Source: Tubiluchus corallicola (taxonomy: Eukaryota > Animalia > Priapulida). Taken from it: 64,000 nucleotides of DNA. A program made the position numbers and the translations under genes. The notes beneath the pieces were generated by a model. It searched no databases. It had not been told where the DNA came from and saw only the letters and a list, made by a program, of their open reading frames with translations. Below are positions 13,520 through 26,800 of the stretch, piece after piece. The first letter of the stretch is position 1; each line of letters opens with the position of its first letter. The stretch covers positions 1,116,001 to 1,180,000 of the forward strand of contig JAQGDQ010000018.1 in NCBI GenBank assembly GCA_030141605.1, written 5' to 3'.

Positions 13520-13650
13520 TTTACGGCCTATATAGATTGTATCATTAGCAAACAATCGCATATCAGACTGAATACCACTAGTTATGTCGTTAGTGAATAT
13601 CAAAAAAAGAAGAAGACTTAAAATAGATCCTTGTGATATACCAGCAGTCC
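13520..13650 (-). mobile_element. Non-LTR retrotransposon (CR1/L2-like) reverse transcriptase fragment, degenerate
   Basis: Minus strand reads GISQGSILSLLLFLIFTNDITSGIQSDMRLFANDT, i.e. the GVPQGSxLxPLLFxIYxND...LFADD region with the catalytic ADD decayed to AND. Confidence 0.8.
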
Positions 13651-16317
13651 AACATACAGGTACTTCAAATCAGATGAAAAACGTACAGATTGTTTCCTTT
13701 CCTATGGACATTTTTAACTTCTTAGCAAAGAGATTTCCGTTATGTTTACTATACATTTACGTAGGGTATTTTGTGCATACAACATCCCTCAACGAGGCAA
13801 ATTTCTGTGGATAGCATTGTAGATATCGACAGTAAGAACCAGTATTGAACTCAGCAGTCACCGATCTATTCACTGTGGCCAGACTTATCATTGCCAAACT
13901 TTGGTCACTAGGCCCACACTGGCCACGCAGCAACCATTTGCCTATTCTCCTCCCTTAGCTGATTATTATTGTTTTCCTTACATGCACTGAAAAGTACAAT
14001 ATCAACTTCACTGAAGCAGACTGCTTCTGCTCTCTATTTTGAAAGTGCCTAAACTGGCTTTAGTACATGCATAGCTATTTAAGCATATTGATAAGGGATG
14101 TACATAAAAGCACCTGCCAGGCATGGACCATATAAGGCACATGTCACAAGAAGTCTAACTATTTAAATATTAAAGATGTGCATAAATGACAGCGGCTCTG
14201 TAGAGTTCACATGTCTGTGTAATCTGCTGTTGCTGTTCACTGTGCATCCTTTGAGCTTGCTCTTGGTTACTGATATTTCTTCCAGATTTTTTTTTGTTTT
14301 TCTTTCAGTTTGATTTACAAGAATAATAAAAAACAGCTCAGCATGTAAGTGAACAGTCTCTGTGGATGCTTCTGGTTGTACCACGGTCCATATAAGATTA
14401 CTAGTAAATTCTAGACCATAGTGTCGTTTCTTAACTGAACGCCACTATTTTGTTTTCTCGGCGTAGATATATAAAGTAATGGCAAAATGAGTTGACTTAC
14501 ACCAGTGGATGAAGAGTTAGTTACCACTACCAGTAAAAGCGGGGAATTAAAAGGTCCGAGTCATCTCATGACCTGTAAGAAAGATAGAACAAAATAGTAA
14601 ATCCTACATTACTCTGGTTGTGCAATGATCTGTTTGTCGGTGACAGTTTAAAATAACATTAAAAGTAAAGCTAAACGCCTGTAGGAATTTAAGAAACAGC
14701 AACAATTATTAAAATGGAATGAGATTTGTAAACCACAATGGCCTAACAGTAACATATTTTTGTTAAGTTGTTCCTTTTTTTAAAAAAGTTCCACCTCCAT
14801 TCCTGACAGAACAATTTGCTCCAAGCCTCTAACGGTTGAATGAAGTTTTCTTATAGACTATCGACTTTTGGAAGATGAAAGATTTAGGCCTACCCATAAT
14901 GAATACATGTATAGAAAACCTTTTGCGTACGTCATCTATTGTTAGTATAGGCACGTTAGGTAGCTTGCCGTGTTTTACGGCACATAGCTGCGTGTGTATA
15001 TTCAGAAATTGTGTTTATAAATCTAAGTTGTACGAATTTTGCTTAACTCTTTCGTTCTGTGTAAAAACAAAAAGTCAGTAATTATATATACAGCACATTA
15101 TGTTGTAGGAACTCCAAACAACACAGTTCTGACCGATGAAGTGTTTTCTGATTCTAATTCTTCCGACTTCTTCATTCTGTGTATGCGTGAATGATCTAAA
15201 TTCATTAAACTATATTGACGATAATATGAAAAGTAAAGAAGACACTGTGATGTTAGAAAACTTTGGTCTTGTTTTAACAGTAATAACAACGCAATGATAT
15301 AGAAAAGTCAAATAAAAAAAATCAGGTATGCTGCATGCACCAGTTAATGTAATTATTATCTAATAAAAAATCTTGGAATGAACATTCCAAAACACTGGAA
15401 ACTGCTTCGATTTTGTGATCATTTTCAGCAAGACAAATATTCCACACAATAACGATGAAACTGTGTGGGAGATGTACGCGTTGTATGTGCATATTGCGAT
15501 CATTTCGTAACAGTTTTGTGGAATTTTCGTGGTCGTAGATATGGGACAGCCGAAGTTTTTTGAAATGTCGGCAAAATTTTGAAAAATTGTCGTAAAGTTG
15601 TTGCAGCATTCTCAAAAGTGTTTCAAAGTAATTTGAAAGTTTGGCAAGATGAGTTTTGCGACTCCGGCGCATACTTTGAACATTCTTATTATACAATCAA
15701 TCCTAATAACATTATTTTAGGTCGAGTACTGACAGACAGATGTCGTTCTTTTTTATCTCTGCTTGATCGCTTAATTAATGTTTCAATAGTGAATAAATCT
15801 ACCTAATGGACGCAATCTGTGCGCTTAAATAAATGGGTATATAATTTGTAGCACCACCATGAGGGGCAGTATTATTAGTGAGTTTTCCCTGAAAAGGTGA
15901 CTCATCGTTGAAAAGATGTCTAGATGTGTTTGTATGCATTACTAAGTATAAGCAAAACTGGTATAAGTTATCGATTAAGCATCAAGTGTTCTTAGGATCA
16001 CGTCAGCTGGGAACGTTCGATTAGTCCTTCGTTCTTCTGTTTGCGTTTTCGGCCGAACTTTTGCCATTTCTATGCCAGGCAAAATCATTATTCCTGAAGC
16101 TGTTAAGTTCTGATTGTCGGCTTACGCAATACCAAACTACATGTACCTTAAAATGAAATCAATGCTGTAATGTACCTATGCATTCTATACATGTTGCAGT
16201 TGCCTGTTAGACTGTTGTAAACGGCGGCTATGCCTTCTGGACATAATGACACCGGCCTTTACATATTTTACAAACAGTTTATGAAATATAGTGACTGCAA
16301 GTGCTATTATTTTTTAG

Positions 16318-19300
16318 GCTGTCCTTGCAAGAGCCCTTTATGACAATATTGCTGAAACTCCTGATGAACTGGCTTTTAGAAAGGGTGACATTGTCACAGT
16401 TATTGAGCAAAATACTGGAGGGCTTGAAGGATGGTGGCTGTGCTCACTCCGTGGAAGGCAGGGTATTGCTCCTGGAAATCGCTTGCGGCGGCTAGCGTCA
16501 TGCAGTCAAGGAGTACCGGGAAGCCAGTCCCGCAAAAGTTGGAACACATCACAAAAGGCAAGTTTTGTTTTTGTATCATATACATTAATTGAATGTTGTC
16601 TCATTGTAGACTATAAGAAAATCTTGAATAGGTTCTGGAGGCGTTTTTTAAAGTGGGCACCATAGCCATTCTTATTAATTTGACTATGTTGAATCTGAAA
16701 AAAGCTGTTGCTAGCTTGGAAAATTAGCAGAAGTTCAAAAACGCAAAAAAATAATATTAAGAAGCAATTATGACATCTATTATGAAATTATGCCAGTCAT
16801 ATAATTATGACATGAAATTATGCCAATCGTGTAATTATAGTCTATAAAGCCATTTCACCTGAAGATATATTATGAAAACAAAAAGCAAATTATTGTTATC
16901 AATTCGAGCTTGTTGAATCTAAAAAACTGCCAGCCATAAAGTTCAATAAGCAAAAAAATGGCAGCTGTGTTCATTTTGCACCAGTTAATAGAAAAGGCTT
17001 TTCAAAATCGCTTAACTCAACTAAAATGTTTTATTGAACAAGAAACACGATAAAGTGTCCAAAAACAATTAAAACTGCGTCTGCAACAACTTCGACACTC
17101 ACAGCAATGAGGGAAATCAAATATGTGTGTAATTTCACATTGGCATTGCAATCTTTTTACAAGTGATTAATTTTGCAAGGGGATTTTGCATATATGAGTC
17201 CTACAATATGGCAGCTATTTTCAAGATGTCTGACAAAATGTCTGTCACATAATGTAAGCATGTAAAGACCATATCTCAACTGTTAGAATGGATAAGGTGA
17301 TGATTTTGGCATCTAAATGTAAGTTTTCAATGTCCGTGAAACTATATCTGAATGCTTAAAACACCCATGGCATCACCTTATTTAGAATTTCAAGATAATT
17401 CCAAATCATCATCTTATGTGCTGTAACAGCTAAGGTACGGCATTTAAGAACTAGCAACAGCTATCTTGTCAGCCACCTTGAAAATGGCAGCCATATTGAA
17501 TCATTTTTAATTGGTCCGTGTCCAGGATTAATCATCTTGTTCTAGCATTGTGCAAAGTTTCATTACTGTTAGGCGAAATGAACAAGTTTTTCATCATCCT
17601 GCCATACATTATTTAGGTCCAACTACTTCCTTAGATCCAACTTCCATGGAATAGATGTCACAATTGGTGCTTAATGTTAATTTTCTGGGAATTTCTTTTG
17701 ATTTATGTTGTTGAGCAAAAACTTGGTTGCCTTTTTTGTTTTTTGCATTTTTGACTCTTTTCTGCTAATTCTTCAAACAGGCAATGTTTTTTTGGATTCA
17801 GTGTAGTCAAACTCATAAGACTAGTTGTGCTGCTCACTTTTAGAGAAATGCCACCAGCAGGGGCATATTAACCAGTAGGCTAACTAGGCTATAGCCTAGG
17901 GTGCCAAAGTTTGAGGGGTGTCACATTTTAGAAATAATTATTATTCTCCTCGGAAAATGTGTATACATTCATATTACTTTCATATTCATGTGAAGGGCAC
18001 ATTTTATAACACACCACAGGCAGTTACTGTGCACAGCTTTTATGTAAGTGCTACATAACGAACAGGGGAAAGGTATTACACAACAAACAGTTGCGCAGCC
18101 TGCTTGACAGTAAGTGCTATGCAAATACATGTAATTAATAATGACAGGTAAAAACTAGCTAGGTTAATAGTATTTCAAATGCACCACAAGTAATTGTTTA
18201 ATCTCCCTATTACATAAACAACCATCAATCACAATAGAGATGGGCGGGACAGAACTATCAGCCCTGGCCTCCAGTGTTCCACTTTTCTGAAAATCCGTCT
18301 AGTCTATTACGTTTTGGAAATATTGAAAGTGTTACACAAGCTGTGTCTGATGTCTCACAAAAAATCATTTGTCTTTTAAGACAGACTACAGCTCTTTTAT
18401 ACTGCTCATATTATAATTTCAATCCCTGCAATTCTAAATATTTTGACAATATGCACTTTGTATCATTTGTAATACCTATGTGTAGTGTAATACTTAAGCA
18501 ATATATTTCCAGTTCTGTAACTTAGTGTATATTCTTTGCAGCTTACAAGTTGTTAACTTGTGTGGCTATTTAGGTTTTGCATTTTTATTACATACTTTAT
18601 ATAGGTACATATTAAAAATTATAATTTTGTCTTATATTCTTGTATTAAATTATGTCTTATATTCTTAATGATGTAGGTAGTGACACCACAGAGAGTAGGC
18701 GATGTTTACCTGTACGATGTACCACCTTTACGTGGACAAGACGATTATGATGTGCCTCGATCGCAGAACATTCCTGTTCCTGGATATGAAGAGTCGTATG
18801 ATGTTCCAATTTCTCGTATTGATAGCGTAGTGTCCACAGAAGATTATGATGTTCCGCCATCCGATCGATCAAGTGGGGTGTCCATGCTGAGTATGGATTC
18901 TCACAATGCTCTTTCCAGTAGTTTATCCAGTTTGACAAATACATCTATGTCAAACCCAGCCAGTACATGTGGTTCTAATAGATCCAGTGCAGAACTTTTA
19001 GATGTATATGATATTCCGCAAAGCAATCCTAGAAGAATTCCTGAAAAGACAAGCACACCAGTAAAACTGGAGAGGAGTATCTCTGATGAATTTGACGACA
19101 TTACTAAACATTTGAGTAGCATTCTGGTCAATGATACGTATGACATTCTGCCTCCTCAGCAGGTTGTGCCTCTTGTTGCAGACTTGTATGATGTACCACC
19201 TTCTAATAAGCCAGTCCTTGCCGCTAAAAGTACAGGCAGCAAAAAGTCTACAGTTGTTAGTGCCGACAGTGGAGAAGTTTATGATGTTCCTCCGCAAGTA

Positions 19301-20590
19301 ACAAAAGACGATCCCATCAATGTGAACTCTTTTAGTAACGACAGTAAAGTGTCATCTGCATCGTCATCGTCTGGTGAGGGAGCGATGAGGTTAAAAGGTA
19401 CTGAACTGCCAATAGACCTTGATGCAGCAATGGACCTGCTCGTTAAGCTCCAACAAGAGGTGCAAACATCCACAGCAAAACTGTTTGGATTTGTTCATTC
19501 CAACTGGAGGAGAAAAGACAAGCTGGAGTTAACTATATATGATATTAAAGTAGCTTGCACAAGAGTGGAGTCAGCTGTGTTTGATTTCTTAGAATTCGCC
19601 AAAGGAACAATTGCCAATGCCGTGAAGTGTTCCGATAAATCTTTAGTAGTGAAACTGGGCAAATGGTGCAAACCTATAGATGAACAATATGCGGCAATGC
19701 ACACAGCAATTCAGGCAATAGAATCCTTAAACTGGCAACCAGTGTTACTTTCTGCAGGTCAACCTAGTAGTGCAAGGTTAGAAGAGATTGTTGCTTGTTG
19801 TAGAAATCTACTAGAAGATGTTAGGCAGCTAGCCTCGGTTATTCTTGGAAATTCGCCTCTTCTTTTTAAGCGAGGTCCCAGCGGTTCTTCCACATTAAAG
19901 AACTCTTCACCGGTGAAGTCTGTTAAACAAGATTGTTCTTTAGTTTCAGATGACTCATATCGATCACGAAAACAAAGTATACAGGAAAGGCCTTTACCTG
20001 TACCACCTTCAGAAGCAAAAGCAACCCTGGCTGAGCCAGAAGATGATAATGACTACGTGAACGATGATGAAAGCTGGACACACGATTATGAACATGTGCA
20101 AACTGAGGAACATAACGCTGCTTTAATGTCTCCAACTTTGAGCAATAAAAAGACTAGACCAGTAGAAAGCCCAAAAAAATGTGCCAATGACAGCCAGGTA
20201 CTTAATTTTTATTGTTCACAAATAGATATTCATGTTACGAAATTAATGAATGCCATTGATGCTTTGCTTCTAAGTGTGGAAAACAATGAGCAACCAAAAT
20301 CATTTATAGCTCACAGCAAGTTCGTGGTGTTGAGTACGCATAAGCTTGTGAATATTGGTGACACTTTATACCGGCATTTATCTGACACAGTTCTGAAGAG
20401 TAGTATTATACATTGTACAAATATGTTATGTGATTATTTGAAAATAACCGTGACAACAACGAAAGTTGCAGCTCAGAATTTCCCACAAGTGAGTTCGTTA
20501 CAGGACATGGTGGATAGTGTTGTAGATATCTCGCGAGCTTCTAACAAGTTGCGAACACTGATAACCGAAACCACAAAATCAAAATCATAA
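16318..20590 (+). CDS. BCAR1: Cas-family focal-adhesion adaptor (p130Cas/BCAR1/NEDD9-like). Exons 16318-16557 (SH3) and 18677-20590; first coding exon lies upstream
   Basis: SH3 exon reads AVLARALYDNIAETPDELAFRKGD...EGWWLCSLRGRQGIAPGNRL. Large exon starts VVTPQRVGDVYLYD, has seven YD(V/I)P motifs, RPLPVPP (Src SH3 site) and the Cas C-terminal domain QPKSFIAHSKFVVLSTHKLVNIGDTL. Both junctions are phase 0. The symbol is a family label, since invertebrate Cas is co-orthologous to BCAR1/NEDD9/EFS/CASS4. Confidence 0.93.
17855..18275. mobile_element. Degenerate non-autonomous DNA element in the Cas intron; related end at ~37455-37510
   Basis: caggggcat...taggctaactaggctatagcctagggtgcc resembles the reverse complement of ccttaggtggttgtctagtttgtctaatggtagcactagccctg at 37465-37508. 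Confidence 0.35.
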
Positions 20591-22787
20591 TTGTGCATAG
20601 TTGAAATTTTATTGTTATAATATTATATCCACAAAGCAAACAATCCTACACAAAAACGAATACATATTATATTCTTGCTTTGTGGTTATAATTGTTATTC
20701 TAGTTAGTTGTTATTAAAATATAGATTGTTGTCTGAAAGCTGTATAATTTGCATAATTCTGCTTTATAAGTGCATATTTTATTGTAAATGTGTTGTTGGA
20801 AGAATGGTTGCTGTTCACAATTTTTCTTTTCTGTCCTGTTTGTTTTTTAATTTGAAACTTAGATACTGTTTACTTTTTTCATGTATTTATAAAATTTTAT
20901 ATGTTAGTGTTTAATTGATTGTGAATGAGGAATACTTATTGTGTCACAATTATGTTTTAAAGTGAATTCTGGTGTTTTGTGACATTTTTGTTTGCCTTTA
21001 TGTATTTTTGTTTTTGGACAAGTTTTGTACTATGCTCAAAACTAACATTGTACAATTAGCCAATTACATTTTTCTTATTAGTATGCATTTAGAAGTGCTC
21101 TGTTTCAGCAGCAAGCTCCAAATCCTAGTTCTTTCGAAATTTAAAATGGTGTATGCATTTATAATGCATGGAAACAGTAAATTAATAAAGGAACCAATTT
21201 ATCCCTGCTGCAATTACAAATTTTCCAAGAACTTTTATTTGTTTCTTATTTGACTCAGGTCACAAGTGAATTTTATGTATTACACAACTGTAACTCACAT
21301 GTGAGATGTTGTTGTATACTCTATCTTATTTTCTCAGATGAACATGATATGGTAATCTTTGTTGCCATTCATTGTACATTTCTTCACCTGTAAGCAATTA
21401 ACAGTAAGGGAAGAAAACTGGTTAAATAAAGTAAAATTTCAGTGGAAACTACATGTTGTTTACAGTTACAGTTCCAGCTATTATGTGATTACTAATTTAT
21501 ATAAACGTTTGTGAAGTGTCACTTTTATTGTGATTTTTAAGTTAACTTTTTAATTTTATTAAATTATCTGTTTTTCTATTTGTCTAAATGAATTGAAAAT
21601 GTGGAAGAATTGTGTTTCATTTTTCTTGTGCTTTATTATTTACGTCTTAATATAGTTAATGGTTGGGACCAAAATCAATTTGACTTGAAGTTCAAGGCAG
21701 GATTACTGCCTTCATTTGGAATTTAATTGTGTTTTAAAATGTTTACCATACAATTAGTAAAAACTTGCAAATAAAATCCCATTTCCATTTGATGCAAAAT
21801 TAAAATTAGTTTTTTGTTGCTTTCTCACTTGAAGTATGTACATTGTACCACAAATGTTAATGTAGGAAAAATTCACGGTGACTAGAATTTGAACAATGAA
21901 TAAAAAAATTGCACAGTAAGAAAATAGAAAAGATATAATTAGAGTGCTTTGCATTATCTTCAGGTAGAAAGGAAAAAGAAAAGTACAAAAAGTGACCAAA
22001 TACCAGTTTTTAAGATTTGACAATTTACAACACGATTACTACTAATTAAGCACAGAAAATGTCACAACAGAAAAAAAATAAAACATCTATAGTAACACAG
22101 CCGAAGACATCAGGTTGTGTAACAGAGTTATTAAAATTTCTGATTAATATGCAAAGTAGAGGCATTTCGTCAGCCTGCCATGAAAATTAACAATAACAGA
22201 ATGGCACAAAACAAGAAAAGCTGTGAAACAAATAGTAAATAAACAATGACACATAAAAATAAAAAGTTATTCAAGTAAGTAAAAGTATTGCACAATTATT
22301 CTGTATTTAAGGAAAGGAAAAAATTGTTCATTTCGAAAGGCGTGAGTTCTGAACTCGGAGTTACCACTGTCAAAATCAAACAGTGAGCAGTCGAAGGCAG
22401 GTGTAAATGCATCTAAATTACAATTCAAGCATAGCCACCTCCAAATTGAATCAGAGCCTCTTTATTTATTCTGAATTCAAACCAAGTTCAAAATCTCTGT
22501 AGTCCTAACTAAAACTGTTTTAATTGAATAACCGATTTCCAGCAAGAAGAAACAAAATCTAATCCCAAATTCCAACCACAGAAAAGTTTATAAGGTGCTT
22601 TGACAAAGCTATAAATCTTTGTTCATAGTACTTAACACCACATATCTCTGGTATTATACTGCACAAAAAATGCACCAGTCTAACAAACATAATACTCTGT
22701 AACTAGTGAATTAGTGAAAATTTGACAGGGTCAAAAGTCATGCAGGTAATTAATGATAAAATTACTGAAAATTAGTAATATTTTCGA

Positions 22788-23078
22788 CAGTGGTATAGAA
22801 GTTACAGCGCTTGAGTTTGCCATCCCCATTGAACAATACAGCGTAATGACATCCTTGTGATTTTAGATTTGTAAAATTTAGCAGTGTTGCATTGTAACTG
22901 CACAGATAAAGGTCTACTGAAAGAATTTATTTGTGAAGAAATAAATTCTCCTTACATGCTTCAATAGCTATCTATGATAGGCCCACTGAATCAATCTTTT
23001 CAGTGCACAAACTTTCTCGATAAAAGTGCCACTCAGAGTAGACTGCCTTTCCCCCCCTTCCCATTAACTATGCCACTG
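22788..23078. mobile_element. Degenerate hAT-like MITE
   Basis: 11-bp TIR CAGTGGTATAG / CTATGCCACTG with one mismatch and a subterminal C-run; 8-bp flanks only 5/8 identical. Confidence 0.4.
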
Positions 23079-23856
23079 TTTATAGACTTGCAAAAGCAAA
23101 TTCTAGATAAAATTTGATAACATAATATATAATTTTAGCTTCACCTCTCAACAAATAAATGTACAAAATAAAATTTTTTGTTTATAAAATCTAGTAGCAT
23201 GCATCTTGACCAAACAATATGACTACACTCGAAAATCTGAAGTAGTGAGTTTAGCTGAAATTTCCCAAACTTGAAGACAACATTGAAATAATTTTTCATT
23301 TGGTTGTTAATGAAGCAAAAGGAAAAGTAACAGGCATATAAGACATATAATGTGACAGTTTTGGCAAAAAAATTTTTAAATCATGAAAATCAATGTAGGC
23401 CTGATGGAACTGAAACTTGGCAGTTTATGTGACTCAGAACAGATATCCTACATTCCCTGTCAAATCCTAGAAAGTTATGGTTCTGCTCCAACTGTGGTCC
23501 GAAAGTGGCTAAGGCACTATTGTTGAATAAGTGTCTTTCAGAGGATTGATATTGACCAAGGTTCTGGTCTTGCCATAACCATCTAGATTAAGTAAGCTTG
23601 CCTGCTGAGCCTGCCTTTTAGAAGTTAAAAATACTCTACATTATAACTTGAAAGTAAAATAGAAATTTTTACATAACATCAGAAGCACAATTTAAATGTT
23701 TTCAAATACAACCCTGAAAACGAATCCATTGTTAATTTCCTGTTACTCTGCACTAATGTTAGAACTGGAACATTCTCTGCACTACCTGCTGACAATGGTG
23801 ACAGTTCAATTATTAATTTATCTATTTTTTTCCACGGCAAATGAGTTCAAATGACT

Positions 23857-26800
23857 TTAATCATCATCTAAACGAGACCGATGTGGTCGTATTCGAGACT
23901 GAGATTTGCTCTTTTCTTTTGGTTCTTGACTTGTTCCCAACAACTCTCTGACAAAGCTAAACCGTGAGAGCACTAGTTTCCATACTATCCACCAACCTGT
24001 GAAAAAACAAATTTTAAAGCATCATATGCAACTAATTACCCGCTGGTTAAGTTAGGCTCTAAACTAATTACAAAAGTGCTGAATAAGTTCGGATTGAATT
24101 AGGAATATATAATGCATTCCTTGTCGACAGATGTCACCACATTGCACCTAATGTGCTATTGCTTAAAGCAGACTCTGATCCTATGAAACAGAACACACTT
24201 TCGGTTGCTCTGTGTAGCAAACAAAAAACAAACTCTTCAGTTTCTCACATAAGCAATAATTATTTATTTTATTTTAGCAGAAAAAAGTGATACAATGAGA
24301 GCAGCAATAATAAAATTTAACAGCACTTTAGTATCAAAAACAAAAGTAATTATGTTGATATTAAATTTTATTGGGTTTATAACAGAAAAACTGCTTGGAT
24401 AGCAAAGAAACAACATTATAAGTCCTGAAGGATCTGGTTTATTACAGTAAACTCTGTGTTAATTCAGAAGGCTAGGAACCAAAGAAACTGTCGGAGTTGC
24501 ATGATAAACCAAGTTTAGCAAAGATGCATTTTTGTGCATTAATTTCTCTGTGGATGCATTGTGTGCTTGTGTGTAGCTATTTATTGGAGCCTGCTTCATG
24601 GCCAAATGTTACTTAGTTTGCATTAAAGTGGTTAATTGTTGGTTGACTCCATTTGTTTTGAATAATCTATTTAGAAAATGCCTAGCACTAATGGCAGTTT
24701 TACACTCATTGCACTGCAGCTCTAGTTGGAACCGCTGATTTTTCATAATGAAACAGTCAGCATTGAAATTTGATTTGGAAGGTTTGCACATTCGCATGCA
24801 TACATAAAAACACTGCCTGCATTTATTCTGTTAGGGCTAGGGCCTACTGAAACTGACAGTGGAAGTTCGAGCAGGAGCAATAATATTGCAGTCACTCAAA
24901 ATTTTCCATTTTATAAAAAGGAAGAAGCAGTGAATTACTGGTACACAAATTCCACAGGAAACAATGAAACTTACACGTGTCACATACATAAATATGCTGC
25001 AGTGTTTATTCATTAGGTTTTCAATTATTTTACGCCCCAACTAGGTACTGACAAGAGTAAAGGGTGAGTTCATTGTATTGACAATGTTTCTGCATGTCCG
25101 AGATATGCAGAGCAAATACAATGGATTTTGGGTAAATTATTCTTCTAAAATATACCGAATTCAGCAATATTCAAGTTTAAGCAGTGAATACATGTATGCA
25201 CAAACAAATCCATTCTACCACTGTCTTAGATATTCCAAATTTCACAACTGAATTATGCAGAGTCTACTGTACTTGTTTCCAGCAAACAGTCTTTTTTAGA
25301 CTATCCTCTATCCTACCTTTTTGCACAAAATAATTTATCCATCTGTTGTGCCAGACAACATAAAAGTGGGAGTGTAAACAGACATGCACAGAGCTTGAGA
25401 AAGCTTTGAGTTTAGTAAGTTTTGAAACTTCTGGTATTATTAAAACTTTCTAGGGTAATGAAACTTTCTACATAGCCAACTACTGTAACAGTGATCGAAT
25501 TCTGTTGAATTCTGTTCAAGGCGCTGCTTAATACTCAATTTGGGATGGATGTCTTTTGACCCAATTAACCGACTGATCAATTAACTGACGGCTGTAGCAT
25601 ATCACTACTGTAGAAGGTGGGTGACAGATTCAAAGCATAACTGCCATGCTAGCATATTAGCGCATGATAAACAAACACACTTACAATCAAAGGTGTACTT
25701 AATATGACTGTTTCTACGCACATTATAGTGAACAAAAGTGACAAAGATTACACAAAGACTGTAAAAGCTCTTTGGTCACACACAAGTGTTTTACTTTAAG
25801 TACATGAAGGAAAAATATTGAGTCAATTATGTGGAGTTATTTGAGTCAACTGCCGACTCATATGAATACAAGCTGCCTGTATCAGACGTTTTTGAGTCGA
25901 TTAAGTGACTGAGTCTATTAACAGTGAGTATGACAAATGATGCCTACTATATTATACTGAAATTAGGGAGGCACTTTAGCAATTTTATTACAACAAGCAG
26001 CTCATTTATTACAAATTCGGCACCGTGGCACCATTGACACAGTTCACGACATGGTGCGCAGACAAAAAAGCCATACGTTAATGGCATCACGATCTAGTTT
26101 GAGACATAGGTGTGTCGCAATCTATTAAAATAATTATACTGGTTATATCAGTGTTTCCAACTCAGTGGGCCACATGGGACTTTTCAGGTGGGCCATACAT
26201 CCTAATAAAAGAAATTATGTTTTTCTTTTTTACCCTTTCAGTGCATTAGAAAAAGATTCTGTCAAAAAGTGGAAAATGACATGAGAAACGATTACTATAT
26301 AATGAGGCCTTCAGTTTAGTAGAATTTTTACTCCTCGTGCTTTATTTAACACTTATATAAAAACCAGGACAGCAGCATTCATATTTCCCAAAAGCCAGGC
26401 ATCAGGTAGTGGGTCTTGACGTTTTCTTCGAAAATCTTCTTGGGCCATGAAAAAAGTTTGAACCACAGAGCTTTGCTGAACTTAAGCAAACCAAGCTTTC
26501 ATAAAATTCCCATTGTATTAACAAAACCAATTATGAAAATTCAACCATGTGAAGTGTAGACAGCTTAGTAATTGATAAATGATTGATGTTAATCGGAGAA
26601 GGCGTCTATAGCGTGTCAAATGTGCAATGCAGATGTGATATTGAAGTAACAGAATGTGTATGTTAAACTACAGGCTTTCCTCATAAGATAACCTGTGGTC
26701 TGTTGGCTAGATATGCAAATTTAGGCTCAGTTTGAACTCCTTCTTTGCGTTAAGCCTGAGGTCGAAAGCTATTATTGTGGGTTTGTATTACTATTATTAA

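Noticed and set aside
15322-15696. 124-aa minus-strand ORF
   Set aside because: No recognisable domain or splice context; likely chance or repeat-derived.
18657-20135. Several minus-strand ORFs
   Set aside because: Antisense shadows of the Cas coding exon.
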